Below the pieces are notes generated by a model. It was not told where the DNA came from, searched no databases, and saw nothing but the letters and a program-made list of their open reading frames with translations. DNA of 64,000 nucleotides from Eledone cirrhosa (lineage: Eukaryota): contig OZ024746.1 of NCBI GenBank assembly GCA_964016885.1, forward strand, positions 76,136,001 to 76,200,000, in the 5' to 3' direction. This document shows, piece by piece, positions 26,601 through 41,400 of the stretch. The translations under genes and the position numbers were made by a program. The stretch's first letter is position 1. Each line of letters opens with the position of its first letter.

Positions 26601-29149
26601 GTTGGATGGGTCTTTTGTATTTTGGTGAGGTTTCAGTTTCTTCAAAACTTTATCCAATGTCTTCTTTTGTCTCCCCCTTCTACAAATGCCATCTATTTAA
26701 AGTGTTTGACACTTTTTATACATCTCTCACTTCCCTTAATAATCACATGAGCAATGCAATTGTCTTTCTTGCACACTATACTCAATTCTTCTTATGCTTA
26801 GCTTTTCTCAGCTCATTTGTATTATAAATACTCTATTTCAATTAATTAAGAAGGTTGAGAGATTTACTAAAATTATTAATTATTTCATTATTATGATAGA
26901 AACTTAACGTGTTTCTTATATAAAATGTTGGAAGATTTAATTTAAATAGGAGCCATTTAAAATGATTTTGTTTCATAGAACCAGGTGGTTTGGCTAGGTT
27001 GATATCAAAAGGGTTAATTATGGGGTATTATAGAACACTCCCTTTGATTTCAGGGGTGGGTGGGGGGGTGGGGACATTTTTTCCTTTTTTTTTTCATGTG
27101 TTATCAACTAATCTAACCTTCAAGATGCTCGCAACAAATTTTTTTCCTGGAAAATGGAAAGGGCTGGGTAGATTAGTTGATAGCACACACACACACAAAA
27201 AGAGGAAAAAAGTTTTTTCCCCCCACGGAAATCGAGGGGGGGGGGGGGGGTTCTATAAATTTACCAACTTTTTCTTGGTGGTCCATCACACCAAAATGGT
27301 TTTGAAACTAGTTTAACAGCTGATTTTTGAGATTTTTTTTACTTACTGAACAATTCAGGTTTTGAAAGCTGTTAAAGCAATCAGTGATTTAAAATATATT
27401 GCCACAACCTAAGGCACATATGTGTCAGAACTTATGGATAAACACAAGTGTAAGATGAGCTCATGTTTAATATTTGATTATTAGAAAACCGATTTCTGCC
27501 AATATATATTTATATATAGGAAGTGAGGTATTTTACTAATATTATAAATGTAAATTTACACAAAGTTTTGTTCAAAATCATGGATTTCAACCATTTCAAT
27601 TTAATACTTTTGTTACTATATTTCTTATGAAACCATTTTGAAAATCATCAACAGTTTGGGGAGGGTTTAGTAATATAACTAACTTTCTCATTATTAACCC
27701 TTGTTACCATATTTCTAATGAAAGGTACTGCTATGATTTCCAAATAATTTTGAAAATATGAGACTAGGCCGACTATGAAGGAGTGATGCTAGAGCTGTAA
27801 AATCTTGATTGCATTAATTTCAACTCTTCTTAATTGCATTGTTTCTTTCTAGGGACAATGTTGGAAAATGAACCTCATTTTGTCATTCCAGCTGATCCTC
27901 ATAATAAAAAAATTGAGGGGATTTAGTAATATAATTAACTTTCTCCTTATTAACCCTTTTGTTAACTTATTTCTTATGATTTTCAGGAAAATAATCGTGA
28001 ATAGTTTCCATCTACCCAATTTCACACACTAAACTTGAATTGAAACTTGCCCAAGATGTCCACAGTGGGATTGAACTTGGTACCTTATGACTGTAAAGCA
28101 AGCTTCTTAACCATTCAGCCACGTTTTTACTAAATGTAACGTAAAATAAGGGATCTTGTTAAAATAATAAATTCTTTCTTGTGACATTTTATGTCTATTT
28201 TCCATGCTGCCATGGGTTGGACAGAGTGTATTGGGCACATTTTATCATGGCATCAACACTAAAGAGGTTGCGAAGTCAAATCCATGACAGGTAAAATGAG
28301 CCACTTCACCCCACTTTTTCAGAGGAGCTACTGAGAGAGTTTTGTTGTGAAGTCTGTTTCATCTATTGCAGGTTAGGAGCAACCTTGCAACTTCACAGTC
28401 TTCTGTCTCTCCTCACATTCAGTGTTTGTAATGGCAGACTGGTCTTTTCTAATATAAATCCCCAGGTAGCACAGAATTTCTTGTACATATATTATGATAG
28501 TCACTTATATTGCATTTCTATGTTAAATTCTATTTCATTCCATGTTTGCTTCTATTTTCGCATAAAACCAATATCACAAGCCGTGTCTTTCGCTCATTAA
28601 CAGGTTGAACATACTTAAGAAAATCAAACTTTAAAAATAGCTATAATACCACATAACAGATTTTAAATGCTTGACTGAGTTAGGAAGTGTCAGCGAATTA
28701 AGACATTTATTTATATATTACTATTTGTGAACAATCACATTATTACAGGTTTCCTAAACAAAATTTCAAGTTCTAGTAATGTGCCTTGCTATATAAAAAT
28801 ATATCAGCTATAGTGCTACTATTAAGGCTAACAAGGCAGACACATAGGGTGTCTGATAGTTGGCCTGATCTTTATTCCTTTACTAGTTTCAGTTATTAAA
28901 CTGTGGCCATGCTGGGACACCAGACTCATTTTATCAGTCTCTTTTTTGCTTCTGTAGTTTCCATTTACCAAATTCCACTTATAAGCCATTTGTCAACCCA
29001 AGGCAACACTTGCTCAAGGTACAACACAGCTGGACCGAATCTAGAACCATGTGGTTGTGAAGCATACTCCTTAACCACACAGCTATGAATGTGCCAAATT
29101 AGAATGAATTTTTTTTTTTTTTAATTCCTGAAAAATCTTTTCAACTTAC

Positions 29150-29306
29150 ATTTCTCTAGCCACTGCCTGAATACCAGAGGCAGCTTCCACTGACCAGTAA
29201 GTATTGTTTACAGTCCTTATGGCCCATTTCTTGGAACTCTTATCAAATTCTAATTGGAATGTCTCCTGGTCTGTAACTTCGTCTTGGTTGGCTGACACGT
29301 CAACAC
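29150..29306 (-). CDS. FSCN1: Fascin exon 2 (157 nt)
   Basis: tctgttttag|GT GTT GAC ... GAA AT|gtaagt. (G)VDVSANQDEVTDQETFQLEFDKSSKKWAIRTVNNTYWSVEAASGIQAVARE(I), with the SANQDE..ETFQLE fascin hallmark. Not in the ORF track. Confidence 0.96.
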
Positions 29307-30859
29307 CTAAAACAGAATAAAAATGCCAAGATTACAAATAATCTGAAAAATCTCATATTACATGAAACCACATTAGCAAGACATTCTTGAAAAGTTGAAA
29401 ACAGCACTGTGACTATATCACATTTGAAATGAAAGTCTTAATTCAAATACTGCAAATTTTTAATGGTTTGTTTACTAGTAAAGATAATATAAACATTTGA
29501 GTTGACATACCTGTTTCTAGATATTTTCTTTTAAATTACAACACGAAATCGCATAAGCAAAACATTCTTTAAAAGTACAAAACAGCACTAAGATTGCATC
29601 ACATTAAAAATCCAAGCCTTTACCCTTAAACTGCAAATTTTCACAATGATTTGTCCATAAGTAAAGATAATACGGACTGGAGATAATGTTTACTTAATGG
29701 GACATTTTTGAGGATCTGAAAAATTTATCACCAGTTAGAAAATAATATTGATAGTAAGAATATTAAAATATTTTACTTTTTATGTTCAAATTTCTAAAAT
29801 ATTAATATTCGTTATTTTGCAATGGGATGTATGAGCACATTGATATATCTATTATTCTGATACAAAACAAACATTTAGTTTCCCATAAACATTTTTGTTT
29901 TAGTTATTTCACTTTATAATTTCCATATCTTCTAAGTGGGATTCATTGAAATAGCAGTTTAACCCGTTTATGATCCTATTTCTAATGAAATACATTTATT
30001 AATGAAGAATGTTGATGGATTATTGATTATTTCATTATTATGACTAGCAACATATATAATCGAATATAAACCTATTTTATGTCTAAGAAATGGGCAAAAA
30101 TCCAAACCCCATGTGGGTTAAATGTCATGGTTTTGAAATTCTCATGAGTGAAGAATATATTTACGAAATTTTAATATTTTAATATTCTAAATATTTTAAG
30201 TGCTGCTTAGAGTATACTTTTCGTTTCAGAACTCAATTATGTAAGGATTTTTTTTTACTGATTTCTGACTGTTTTGAAGGCCATATTCATTCAAAACATT
30301 TAAAAAATAGGAAAAAGACATTTCCAACCCAAAGTGAAACCAGTATAATATTTACCTCCAAAGGGAAACGGTTGTAATATTTACTGCCAAAGTGAAAATA
30401 TTTTAACACCTATTTACATGGAATTTGAAGTTGGTGAAAATTGGCAGAATATTAACCTTGAATATAAGTTTGCCCTCCATTTTACCATCAAATTTTTTGT
30501 CACAAGTGTATATGGTAATTTAACATATGATTCTTATATATATTTATGTTGGAAACAGGAACCCTTTAAAATGGCTTATTTTGTTCCATAGTTAGTTTCC
30601 ATAGTTAGCTTTAGATGATTTTTGCAGTTTTTTCAGGAAAATTGAGATAGTTTGAAGGGGGGAATTTTAAGCTTGAACATCCTCTAACAATTTATCAGAA
30701 AATACCTAAAAACAGGTTTGTTAATTCAAATCCTTATAGTAATTTTTACTTGTAGACAGGTCATTGTGAAAATTTGCAGTAATTTTTAATGTGATGTGGT
30801 CATAATGCTGTTTTATACCTTTAAATAGTGTCTTGCTAAAGCAATTTCATATGGTATAG

Positions 30860-31420
30860 AACAAATCATGCCAGATGATCACCGGAACATTAAAAGCTAC
30901 TCCCCTCCCAGCCGTATACACTCTTGCCGGCATTCCACCGCCCCACATACGACGAGAGGTCAACGCAAAAACTGAACACAATCCTAGGCATCCACTCTAT
31001 GGCCACCAGGAAATAAGAAAACAATTAAAATCTCGAAAAAGCTTCTTAACTGTGGATAGCCTGGAGCATGCACAATCGGTGGCTTACAGGTTGGAAAAGT
31101 GGAGGGAGAGTGACCGCCGCCCACCCAACGCGGCCTTACCAAGCCCAAATGAAAGCCTCCCCAATGGAACATCTCTTAGCAGAAAGGACTGTGTAACCCT
31201 AAACAGGGCCAGAGCCAAAACGGGTGACAACCTCCACAAGTGGGGATTGGCCACCTGCGCTGAGTGCCCCTGCGGCGAGACCCTCCCAGACCATAGCCCA
31301 CATCCTCCGTGGGTGCTCACTGAGACCTACATGCTCCGACCAAGACCTGATGGAAGCAAACGACGCTGCACTTCAATGGATACAGCACTGGCGCGACAAG
31401 ATATGATGATGATGATGATG
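30860..31420 (+). mobile_element. 5'-truncated LINE 3' end (I/Ingi group, Vingi-like) with (GAT)n tail
   Basis: ITGTLKATPLPAVYTLAGIPPPHIRR..HPLY..LKSRKSF..TLNRAR..LHKWG..CPCG / QTIAHILRGC zinc knuckle (frameshifted), ending ATGATGATG. Confidence 0.75.
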
Positions 31421-32284
31421 ATATGGTATAGAGGGGAAGTGGTAAGAGAAATGATATTGTCTGAATTTCTTTTAAACATATTTTCTCTGGAAATCTAATG
31501 ATGACCAAAGACATAATAAAAATGTTGAACAGTAGTAAATTCCTCGAGAACTACCACAAGAAAATAAAAGAAAATAGCTTGAAAACAAATTCTAACATAT
31601 TTTTAGATATATATAATCTGCAAGCTTGTGTAAAGTTAAAACTAAGTCCCTTGAAATAAATAAAAACCCTGAAGCATCAAAAAGTACAAGAAATATGGAA
31701 AGAATTTGGTAAAATGCCATGGAAAAGTAATTCATAGTTTCTCTTGGTAAGAAAGAAAAAATAAACTATCAATGAACATTTTCTTGTATTATGAATATCT
31801 GACTAATAATTGAAGATACCTTTCAGGAATTTTAATTAAGAAAAACAAAAATATTATACATTTTTGTAGAGAGAACAGTTACTAAAAACACTATAGTCAC
31901 TTAGCAGGAAAAAAGTGTGGAAAATGTTAAATCAACATTTAACAGACATAGAAGAGGTAAAAAATTCAACACATCTGTAAAAATAAACATTTGATGAAAA
32001 GTATTAGACAGGAAGTATAAACCATCATCATCATCATCATCATCACTATTGAACACAATGTAAACAATGAATTTTGTGGTCTTCCAATTATAACACGAGA
32101 GACAGAGGGGGAAAGGGAATCAGAGGCAAACTAGAGATGTCCCTGGGAATTTATATTGGGTGTGTTTGACCTCCATCAGTTCTGGTGACAAGTGTTTCAG
32201 TTTGATCAACAGGGCAATCTGCTATTGAAATTTATATGCAAGTAGACAAGCATTCCAATACATCTGTACTCTGTGGTATCTTAA

Positions 32285-32503
32285 CCCTTTAGCATTTACA
32301 TTACTCTATATATACTATTGTATTTTCACAGTAAAGGCTTTATCTTACATAATTATCCCACATAATATCGAAGCTATGAGATTTTGATATTTATTTTGAA
32401 AACAATACCTTAACGTCAGTATAAGCGACCAATTTACAGCCAGTTTGAACAGAAAGAGGTGAGAGAATTCTGGCCAGATACGGCCGGTTTAAATGCTAAA
32501 GGA
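32285..32503. mobile_element. piggyBac-type MITE copy, orientation A
   Basis: TTAA|CCCTTTAGCATTTA...TAAATGCTAAAGGA|TTAA. Confidence 0.85.
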
Positions 32504-34027
32504 TTAAAATGTAGACAAGGTATGAGAGATTATGACAACACTGAAGAGGTTTTCTTATTCAAGTGGGATAAAAGGATTTCTTATATTTTATAATCAACAT
32601 TACCATCATTTAATGTCTATTTTCCATATTAGCATGGGTTAGACAGGTTGTCATGTACCAAGTCCTGACAGGTCAGGTGGTAACATCTTTCTCATACACT
32701 CCTTCCTAATTTCAACACAATGTGTTCTGGGTGGATTTTATCATGATACCAACACATCCAACTTACAGAGGGGACTTTTTCTTCTTCTTTTTTAATTGTG
32801 GCATCAGAACTACTATTTTACAGAGTGGACAGTGCGTGTTTTATTGTGGTGCCAATACTACCATTTTACAGAGTGGGCTGGGTGTATTTTATCATTGCAT
32901 AGAGTTGCTGCCCTCTTAGATGACTAGCCTATGATGTAGCATGTGGAGTCCACATTCCATTCATATAATAGGTTTTCTACTACAGGATGCATTTCCTACC
33001 ATAAAATATTTTACAGAAAGTAATGCTTTTTATTGTGCCTCCAGTACAGGAGAGGTCATTCACTATAATGCTCTCATCCTGTTCTAGCCTTGTATACAAA
33101 AAGAAGGGATAGTCACAAAAATAATTTTCATGTCTGCTCAATCAAAGTTGACCTGGGGCTAAACAATAACATCTATCAGATATACATTAATGAATGCTTT
33201 AGATAATACCATTGCTTTAATTTGTCTCCTACATCCTACTATACAACTATTGAATCACACCAAGTTCATTTTTCTCATCCATCCCAGTTCTCTTCACAAT
33301 GATTTCATAATGGCATCAAAGACAGACAAAAGAAAAAGAAAAAAAGAAAAAAAAGAGCCTTTTGGGTACATCTCTCATAATTGTTGCATGCAACAGTTAT
33401 GAGACATGTATTATTGCTAATCCTAACCATACATTTTTACATTGCTTTGGCTGTTTTAACATGCCATTTATCTTTGCCTACCTGATGAAATGTGACCTTG
33501 TTAAGTCTTTAAAAGCAAATTTGTCTGTTACACCAAATATTTATTTTTGAAAATACTACATCAATATATCGCACAACACTCTTATGCAAACTCAAACTAT
33601 ATTCTAATCATTTTAATTGGTTTGACATTAAATATGCAAGATATTTCCCAACCAAATGTCTTCAACAGCTTTTTAACACTCACTAATCTCTTTCTCCTCT
33701 TAGTACAGACATGTTTGTTTTTCAAACAATCAATAAATAATAATGATTTCTAGTTTAGGCACAAGGCCAGAAATTTAGGGGAAAGGAGAAAGCCAAATAT
33801 ATCAACCACAGTACTTAACCGGCACCTTATTTTATTGACCCTGGAAGGATGAATGTTAAACTTGGTCTCGGTGGGATTTGAACTTAGAATCTAAACAGCA
33901 AGAAAAAATACGGAAATGGCATTTTGTTTGACACTAATGCTTCTGCTAATTTAACATTCTTAATCAAATAATTGTTTCTACTTTAGGCACAAGGCCAGAA
34001 ATTTGGAGGCGGTGGAAGGAAAATTCC

Positions 34028-34067
<40 letters not shown>

Positions 34068-37000
34068 GATCCCAGTGCGTTAGTGGTGCTTTAGTTTATC
34101 AACCCCATAAGGATGAAAGGCAAAGCTAACCTCAGCAACATTTGAACTCAGAACAAAGAGCCATAACTCTCTGCCGCGAAGCATATTGTCCGATGCTCTA
34201 TCGATACTGTCAATCCACTGCCCTCCTTTATCAAATAATAAAGCACAGCGATGACTCTTGTTAGATTACAAAATTTTGATTTCAACATTTAGACAACATA
34301 CTAATTCAATAATTTGTTTTTTCCCTAAGAAATTTGTTTTGCATTCATGTAATTTCAGCTTTGATCACATAGCACAATACCTGGACAAGTGATTTCTATA
34401 ACCTTCATGCTAGCATGGAAAATAGATGTTAAATGATGATGATGACAACTACTACTACTGGCATCATATAGGCTGACGTTTAGCGTCAGGTTAGTACTAA
34501 TCAAAGAGGTTCTTTGATGAATGACATTCCAACCATGACCATCCTGTCTTTGTATATCCAGGATTAAGATAGTACAGTATGATTTAAAGAAAATATGGCT
34601 ACTATTTCTAGCACATTTTGTATAAATATTTCATTGTTTTGTAAGTTGTTGATTAGTCCCAGGTCAGTCATTTTACAGTGTATCTAGGGCCTACATGATA
34701 CAAATCACCCTTCCATTTCTAAGAGTGTAATTTGATGGCTACTATTTCTAGCAAATTGAATGACTTCATAAATAGTTTCTCATTCGTTTAATGAGAGTGA
34801 TGTATTTTCTGTGAGAGAGAAAGGTAACTTAACTATTGTGATTGAATCTTTGTTATTAATGCCATGTGGAAAGACATTCCAATTTTCCATTCACCCTTCA
34901 ACTATGAAGCCTACGTTCTGTTTTAAAATACTATTATTGTCTTATTTGCCTCAGGCTTTAATGCCAAGTTGTCAAATTTTCCATCATTCAACAGAAAATT
35001 TCAGTTGCAATTAATGTCACAAATTGTCATTAGTTATCAGAGACTGCCTTAATCCTTTCATTACCATATTTCTAATGAAAATCACTACCTACGATTTGCA
35101 AATAATTAAGAATTTGGAAGTAATATAACCAACTTTCTCATTAGGCTGGTGCTTCGATCATTACAACATTATGATGGAAGGTTTTTAATGCAAGTATGGA
35201 AAATAGATTTGAAACAGTGATGATGATGATGATAAACACTTAAAAATAAACAGCTTAGTATCATAAAATCAGGTGTTTTTGTATCAAAAAAGTTAAGGCC
35301 GACTGATCATTCTCTGGAGATTTCTACTTCCACATGCATAGCTGTGTGGTTAATAGGTTTGCCTTGCAACCACACGGTTTTGGGAAAGTAGCTGTTACTA
35401 AAGCCTAGAGAAACTGTAAGGAAGCCTGCTGTGTCATCATCATTTAATGTCAGTTTTTCCATGCTGACATAGGTTGGATGGGTTGTTATAGACCAAGTCA
35501 GCACTTGATCAGAGCTACTGTCCTCCTGGCAGGATTTGAACTCAGAGTACAGAGTACTGGAATGAATACTATAAATTATTGTTTTAATCCACTACCCTGA
35601 CAGTAAAAATAAATTAAATGTTAGAAAGTTAAAGTCTGTCCCAAACCATCAGGCCAGTGCTTATCCCCACTTTCATTTTTCATTGCTGTTAAGCAACTGA
35701 GTGTACAAGACTTTCCCCTGGACAGAATGCCAGTCCATTGTAAAGTTAACCCACAGCTACTACTGGTACTTGTTTTCAGCTAAGTATACTGAAGCAACAT
35801 GTAATGAAGTGTTTTTCTCAAGAACACAATGTGCCACCTAGTCCAAGAATGAAATCCACGACATTATGGTCCTAAGTCCAACACCTTAACTGCTAAGTCT
35901 TGCACCTTCACTAACTAACATCCTGTACAACATAAAACTGCATTAGCAAAACATTCTGGAAAAATACGAATCAGCATTATGACTATGCATCACATTAAAT
36001 ATTGACGTCTTTAGTTTAGTGCGAATTGTCACAATCTGTCCACTAGGAAAAATACAATAAATATTTGAATTAATAAATCTGCTTTTAGATATTTTCTGTA
36101 AATCATTAAAGGATGTTAAAAGTTAATGTCAAAGAGATATTTTTTAATTGGTACATTTCACTGTTTTCGTAGGTGGGGATGTTTAAACATTTATAAAGTA
36201 ATCTAACAACAACTCTGGTTTCTCCTCACCCCAAGTGGATAAGGCCATTTTACCTGATAATACAGGCTTCATAGTTATCATGGGGTCCTTTCTGAGGTAG
36301 TTTTACAGCTGGATGCCCTCCCTGGTGCCACTTTCAACATCCAGAGATACACGCAGAGTTATATAGAAATCTAAAACTTGTAGAAATTTTTAATTGGCTT
36401 CAGCTTTCAGGATTTTTCAATTCAAGAAAACAATAGGTAGCTTTTGACCTTGAAACTATATTTCAGTAATTGAATACTTAAAAGGAATTAAAGATACCAA
36501 TTACTGGTAGTTAATATAATGTCAAGGATAGATTAAAAAGTACACAATACTTGGAATCTAAACAGTTTTTGCTCAAATCATTGAGTCAACAAGACAGCCT
36601 CTATATAGTTGTTCAAAAAGTTAGAAATAGCAGCTCTCAGATCACACTGATCATTTTTATATTGACATAAGTTGAACGGATTACCATAGTTCTTGTCAGT
36701 TCTTATTCAGAATTGTTACCCTTCAAGGCAAGGCGGAGGACCATGTCTTGCTTGTTTGTTCCATTTTTAGCATAGTTTCTATGGCTGGATGCTTCTGACG
36801 CAATCCACTTTATAGAGTATATAGAGAGCATATTATTATGGCACTAGTACTAGAAAGGGTGTAATGTCCTCAACAGGAACAAGCGCTCTCATGACCCTAT
36901 GCTGTCTACCTCACTGCTGAAAACTTTACAGTGTGTACTGTCTTTAAAAAAAAAAAAGAAGGATGAGCACATTGGACAATATAATTCTTGATATACCAAA

Positions 37001-38260
37001 TAATGGGATTGTCACAATTAGAATGTTTTTGATTATGAGCTTGCTTGATCAGAGATGACCTGGGGCTAAACAACAACTAAAACCCCTTTAAATTATTAAA
37101 TATCATTATTTAACGTCTATTTTCCCTGTTAGCAAGGAAAATCTCACATACATTTTCATACTCTGCAGAGTGTACAGGGTGAGTTTTATTGTGGTACCAG
37201 CACCAAGATCTTTTTGTCTTTGATTTGAAACAACTGAAGAGTCCTCTCAATCCTTTGTTTAGCAAGTTTTCTAAGGTTGGATGCCCTTCCATCACCAACC
37301 ACTTTAATCCATGCCAAGAGGTTTATGATAAACATATAGCAATTATTTCTTGAATTTGTTGTTAGAACAAAACAATACAGTTTATTTGTTAATTTATACC
37401 ATTAATTTGGACAACCTGGAAAGTGGTTGGCACTAGGAAGGACATTCAGCCATAGAAAATCAAGCAAAAAACAGAGCATATGGACAAGATGTCACCTGGC
37501 TTGTCTGGCTTCATAATATGACAGCCTGTCTAACCCACGCACACATGGAAAATAGATGTTAAATGATGATGATTATAGTGATTCACTGATATATAAGTGC
37601 CATCCTCATTAGCTATTGTTGTCTCTCAGCAGGTTTTAGTTGAATGTTCACAATATACATGCACACACCCACTCTCTCGTATTCTTCCTTATATATCCTG
37701 ACAGAACACATCCGATGGATCATCCTCAACTCATTTCATTCTATTCAATGTCCAAGTTTATAAATATTTCATTAAGATATCTTAGATGAAGAATTATTCA
37801 CCATTTTTAAGCTCATAAATAAACTTTAAAGAAATATTATCAGCGTTAAGACAGCATCACACTTTTTATATACATTGACTTGGTCTATGACAACCCATCC
37901 AACACATACCAGCATGGAAAAATCTAACATTAAATGATGATACAGCAGTCTTCCTTACAATTTGTCTACTGGATAAACCTTTAAAAGAGAGAGAGAGGGA
38001 AGGGAAAAGCAAAAGAGTGTTGCTAACAGAGATATAACTATACCATTTCCAATCTAACTACAACTTACCTCCTGTACTTAATTAGGTCACCTACATAAGT
38101 TATCTACGACATCTAATGAGCTATCAAAATTACATCCTCAGAGATAAGATGTAATTTTCTCTCTCAATCTATTCAGTAGTAATTATGAAAGAAATAATTG
38201 ACAAAAATTAGAATTCAGAATTCAAAACGATTGCTTATAGTCCTTATTTTCAACATTTAA

Positions 38261-38465
38261 CCCTTTAGCATTTAAACCAGTCGTATCCGGTCAGAATTCT
38301 CTCATCACTTTCTGTTCAAACCGGCCATAACTAGCCACTCTTATTGCTGTTAAGATATTGTTCTCAAAATAAATATCAAAATTTCATAGATTCGATATTA
38401 GGTGAGATAAAGCCTTTACCATGAAAATACAATAGTAAATACAGAGTAATGTAAATGCCAAAGGG
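38261..38465. mobile_element. piggyBac-type MITE copy, orientation B
   Basis: TTAA|CCCTTTAGCATTTA...TAAATGCCAAAGGG|TTAA. Confidence 0.85.
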
Positions 38466-41400
38466 TTAAGCCAGAAAAAAATGTTTCTACAAGAAGTAAA
38501 AATAAAAAAAAAGAGCTTATTTTCAGTTCAGAAAAAAGAAACTATATTTCTATTGGTCTTTCTATTGCTGATACTATCTACCAGTCACAATTCTTAGCTG
38601 GAGCAAGATTTTAACTCAAAATGCACAGTGCCCCATCAGATAATATGAAGCACCTTGCCCAACTAATAATTCTGCCAAGCCACCACCCTTACATTGCTAA
38701 ATTGATACTTTATCAACCCCAAAAAGATGAAAGGCAAAGTTGACACTTGTGATTATCAAGTACAGTTGGTTTCTGTTTGTAATGTGGGTTCACTGGTTGG
38801 ATTTCTCAGGTAATGGGCAGTGAATTGGTAGAGTCCTTCACATGTCAGATAGAATGCTTTGTCGTATTCGTTCCAGCTCGCTGCACTGAGTTTAAATTTT
38901 GTTGAGGCCAGCACTGCCTTCCATACTTTCGAGGTCAATAAAAAAAGTCTAGTACTGGTGTCATTTCTTCTATATCTTTCTCCCCTAACCTGGTAGAAAT
39001 CAGTTAGTTGTGTTCCAACTTGGATAGCAGATGGGCCCCACCAGGTTTTAAATGTTCAAGAAATGCTGTACGTTATTACAATACCCCTATGACTACCAGA
39101 AGTTATGGGTTCATATATTTCTCAGCTGAACATTGATACAAGTACAAGCTTATGTTTCCCAAAAAATTATGATACCCATGCATTCCTGCACAGTTTCTGC
39201 CTAATAAATACATCAGTCAAACTTAAGCTTTAGTAAATATAGTAACAAAAGTCTAATTGACAATTCCAAAAGGGTCTAGATTAATTATGAAAATGATAAA
39301 CTGAGCCAGGTAAAAATAAAAATTGCCTAACAGTTGATCTTAACTAAATCTTTAGATACATGTTTGCCTCAGTTAAAATACATGATTACCCACTGGTAAA
39401 GGTCATGGTTTTTATTATTTGATCAAACTGTGTTTCTTTGAGCAAAACACTTCATTTCATGTTGCACCAGTCCTCTCAGCTACAAAAAAATGAGGGGCAG
39501 CTGCAGCTGGGTGTGCCTCCATGCAGTCATTGTACTGGTGCTGCACATATCAAAATGTCAACAGAGTAGCTTTGGAATGTTGCCACTCAGCTTTGAATTT
39601 AAATATCTTTGCTCAAAGCATCAAAACATTCTGCTCGTGGCTGATGTGTCTGCTACTATAGTTTGAAGATGCTACTGCACTGAGAGTAAACAGTATGTAG
39701 ACATTTTTATCCTGCATCTATTTGACTATCTTTGGTTAGTGAAGCAGTTTCAAGGTGAAGGCTAGCACTTCAATCTTAACTGTTTATATCAAAGTAATTA
39801 CTGAATTATATATAGAAATAGATTTTTCTTTCTGTGAGTATCGAGTTTAGAATAGCTATGCTGTACTCCTGCATGTTGTAAAAAATAACTAAAAGGGTTA
39901 GTGTCTGAAAGGGCTCCTAGCTGTAAAACAGCCTTAAAATTCCTGTCAAGCCTATGCTAACATGGAAAAATCCATGTAAAAAGAATATGATGATGACATG
40001 TATATGCACGGAAGTAATTTTGTAATATATTTCATTAGTTGTGAAAGAGTATATGGGGACTTGTGCATATGATATAGGTTAGTATTGAATGTAGCAATTC
40101 TGAACAGTTGCATATGTATGGTGGTGCTTGTGGCCACCCACATTGGTGGTTTTCACAACCAGACAGAACACTTGTATGAATAAAGAAGTAAATAGATTTT
40201 GCAGGTTGAAATCATGTAGAAACAGAGACATTTGTTTGTTTGTTTGTTTTGTTTTTCTTAGCTAGTAAACAACAAGTTTGTCGAGAGAGAGTTGAGTGTG
40301 TGTGTGTGGGGGGGGGGGGGGGGTCTACTGGCTGTGTGTCAAACAGTTGCAGTTAAATTTGTTCACTAATCTCTACAAGTGAATATGGGTACAAGTACAC
40401 AAGATAGAGAGAGTAAAATGAGAGTAAGGAGAGAGAGCGATCTTATCTTAACAGCAAAGTATATAATGTTCTGTTAAAGCAACAGAACAATTATCAATAC
40501 ACATGCAAGGTCATTTCCCAAATATTTCTTTTGGAATGATATTGAAAAATTTAAATCATGGCGATAAAACCCCCCCCCAAAAAAAATTTTACAAGGGCAT
40601 TGCAGACAATTTTTTTCAATAACATGTCAGCAGCCATCAGTCAGAAAAGAGCAGGCACAAACCTGGCACTACCACCTTTAATGCATAGGAAAGGAAGATA
40701 GCCAAATACTGGAACTTGACTGACCATTTCATTTTCATGCCAGTTGCTATCAAAACCTCTGGTCTCCTCAGTCCTTGAACTGCCATTTTCCTGCCAAAAT
40801 TGGGAGGAGTGCATCCTGTCCAAGAAAGGCACCCTGTGAGGAAGAGTGGTTGATACAGTAGTAGTTGATGGCTGTTCTCTGTGACAATACCTTCGTCTGC
40901 TGAACACAACTGAAATATATTGCCTAACTGGGGTGTAGAGTCTGCCACTCCCACACTTTCCTTATTTGATTTTTTTTTCTTTATATGCAAACATTATATA
41001 ATCCAATTGGAATAAAAAATAGTTCTTGATTAAAAAAAAAGTTGTTGCTCCATAATTATATCAAAACCCCTAAACTGAAGATTAGTTGATAAACAGAGGA
41101 TATCAACCAGCAGATTCATAAACTAATAAAAACATTCATCATTTGGAATATTTTACTTATTTTATGGAAGTGCAATAATTAGCATCAAATAACTTGGCTT
41201 TTCTTAAGATAAATTGAAAGATCTTGTTGCCTTCTTTAGGCAAAGAAAAAATATGAGCTTAGGACAGTAATTTAAGGAAGTCTCATTGCTTAACTCTTTC
41301 ATTACCATATTTCTAATAAATTACACCACCTATGTTTTTCATATAATTTTATAAATAATCAACAATTTGAAAGGTTTTAGAAAAATAAAATGAGATTTAT

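Noticed and set aside
40860-40910. Minus-strand CAGACGA..GAGAAC hammerhead-like string
   Set aside because: Both core segments deviate and the stems are weak.
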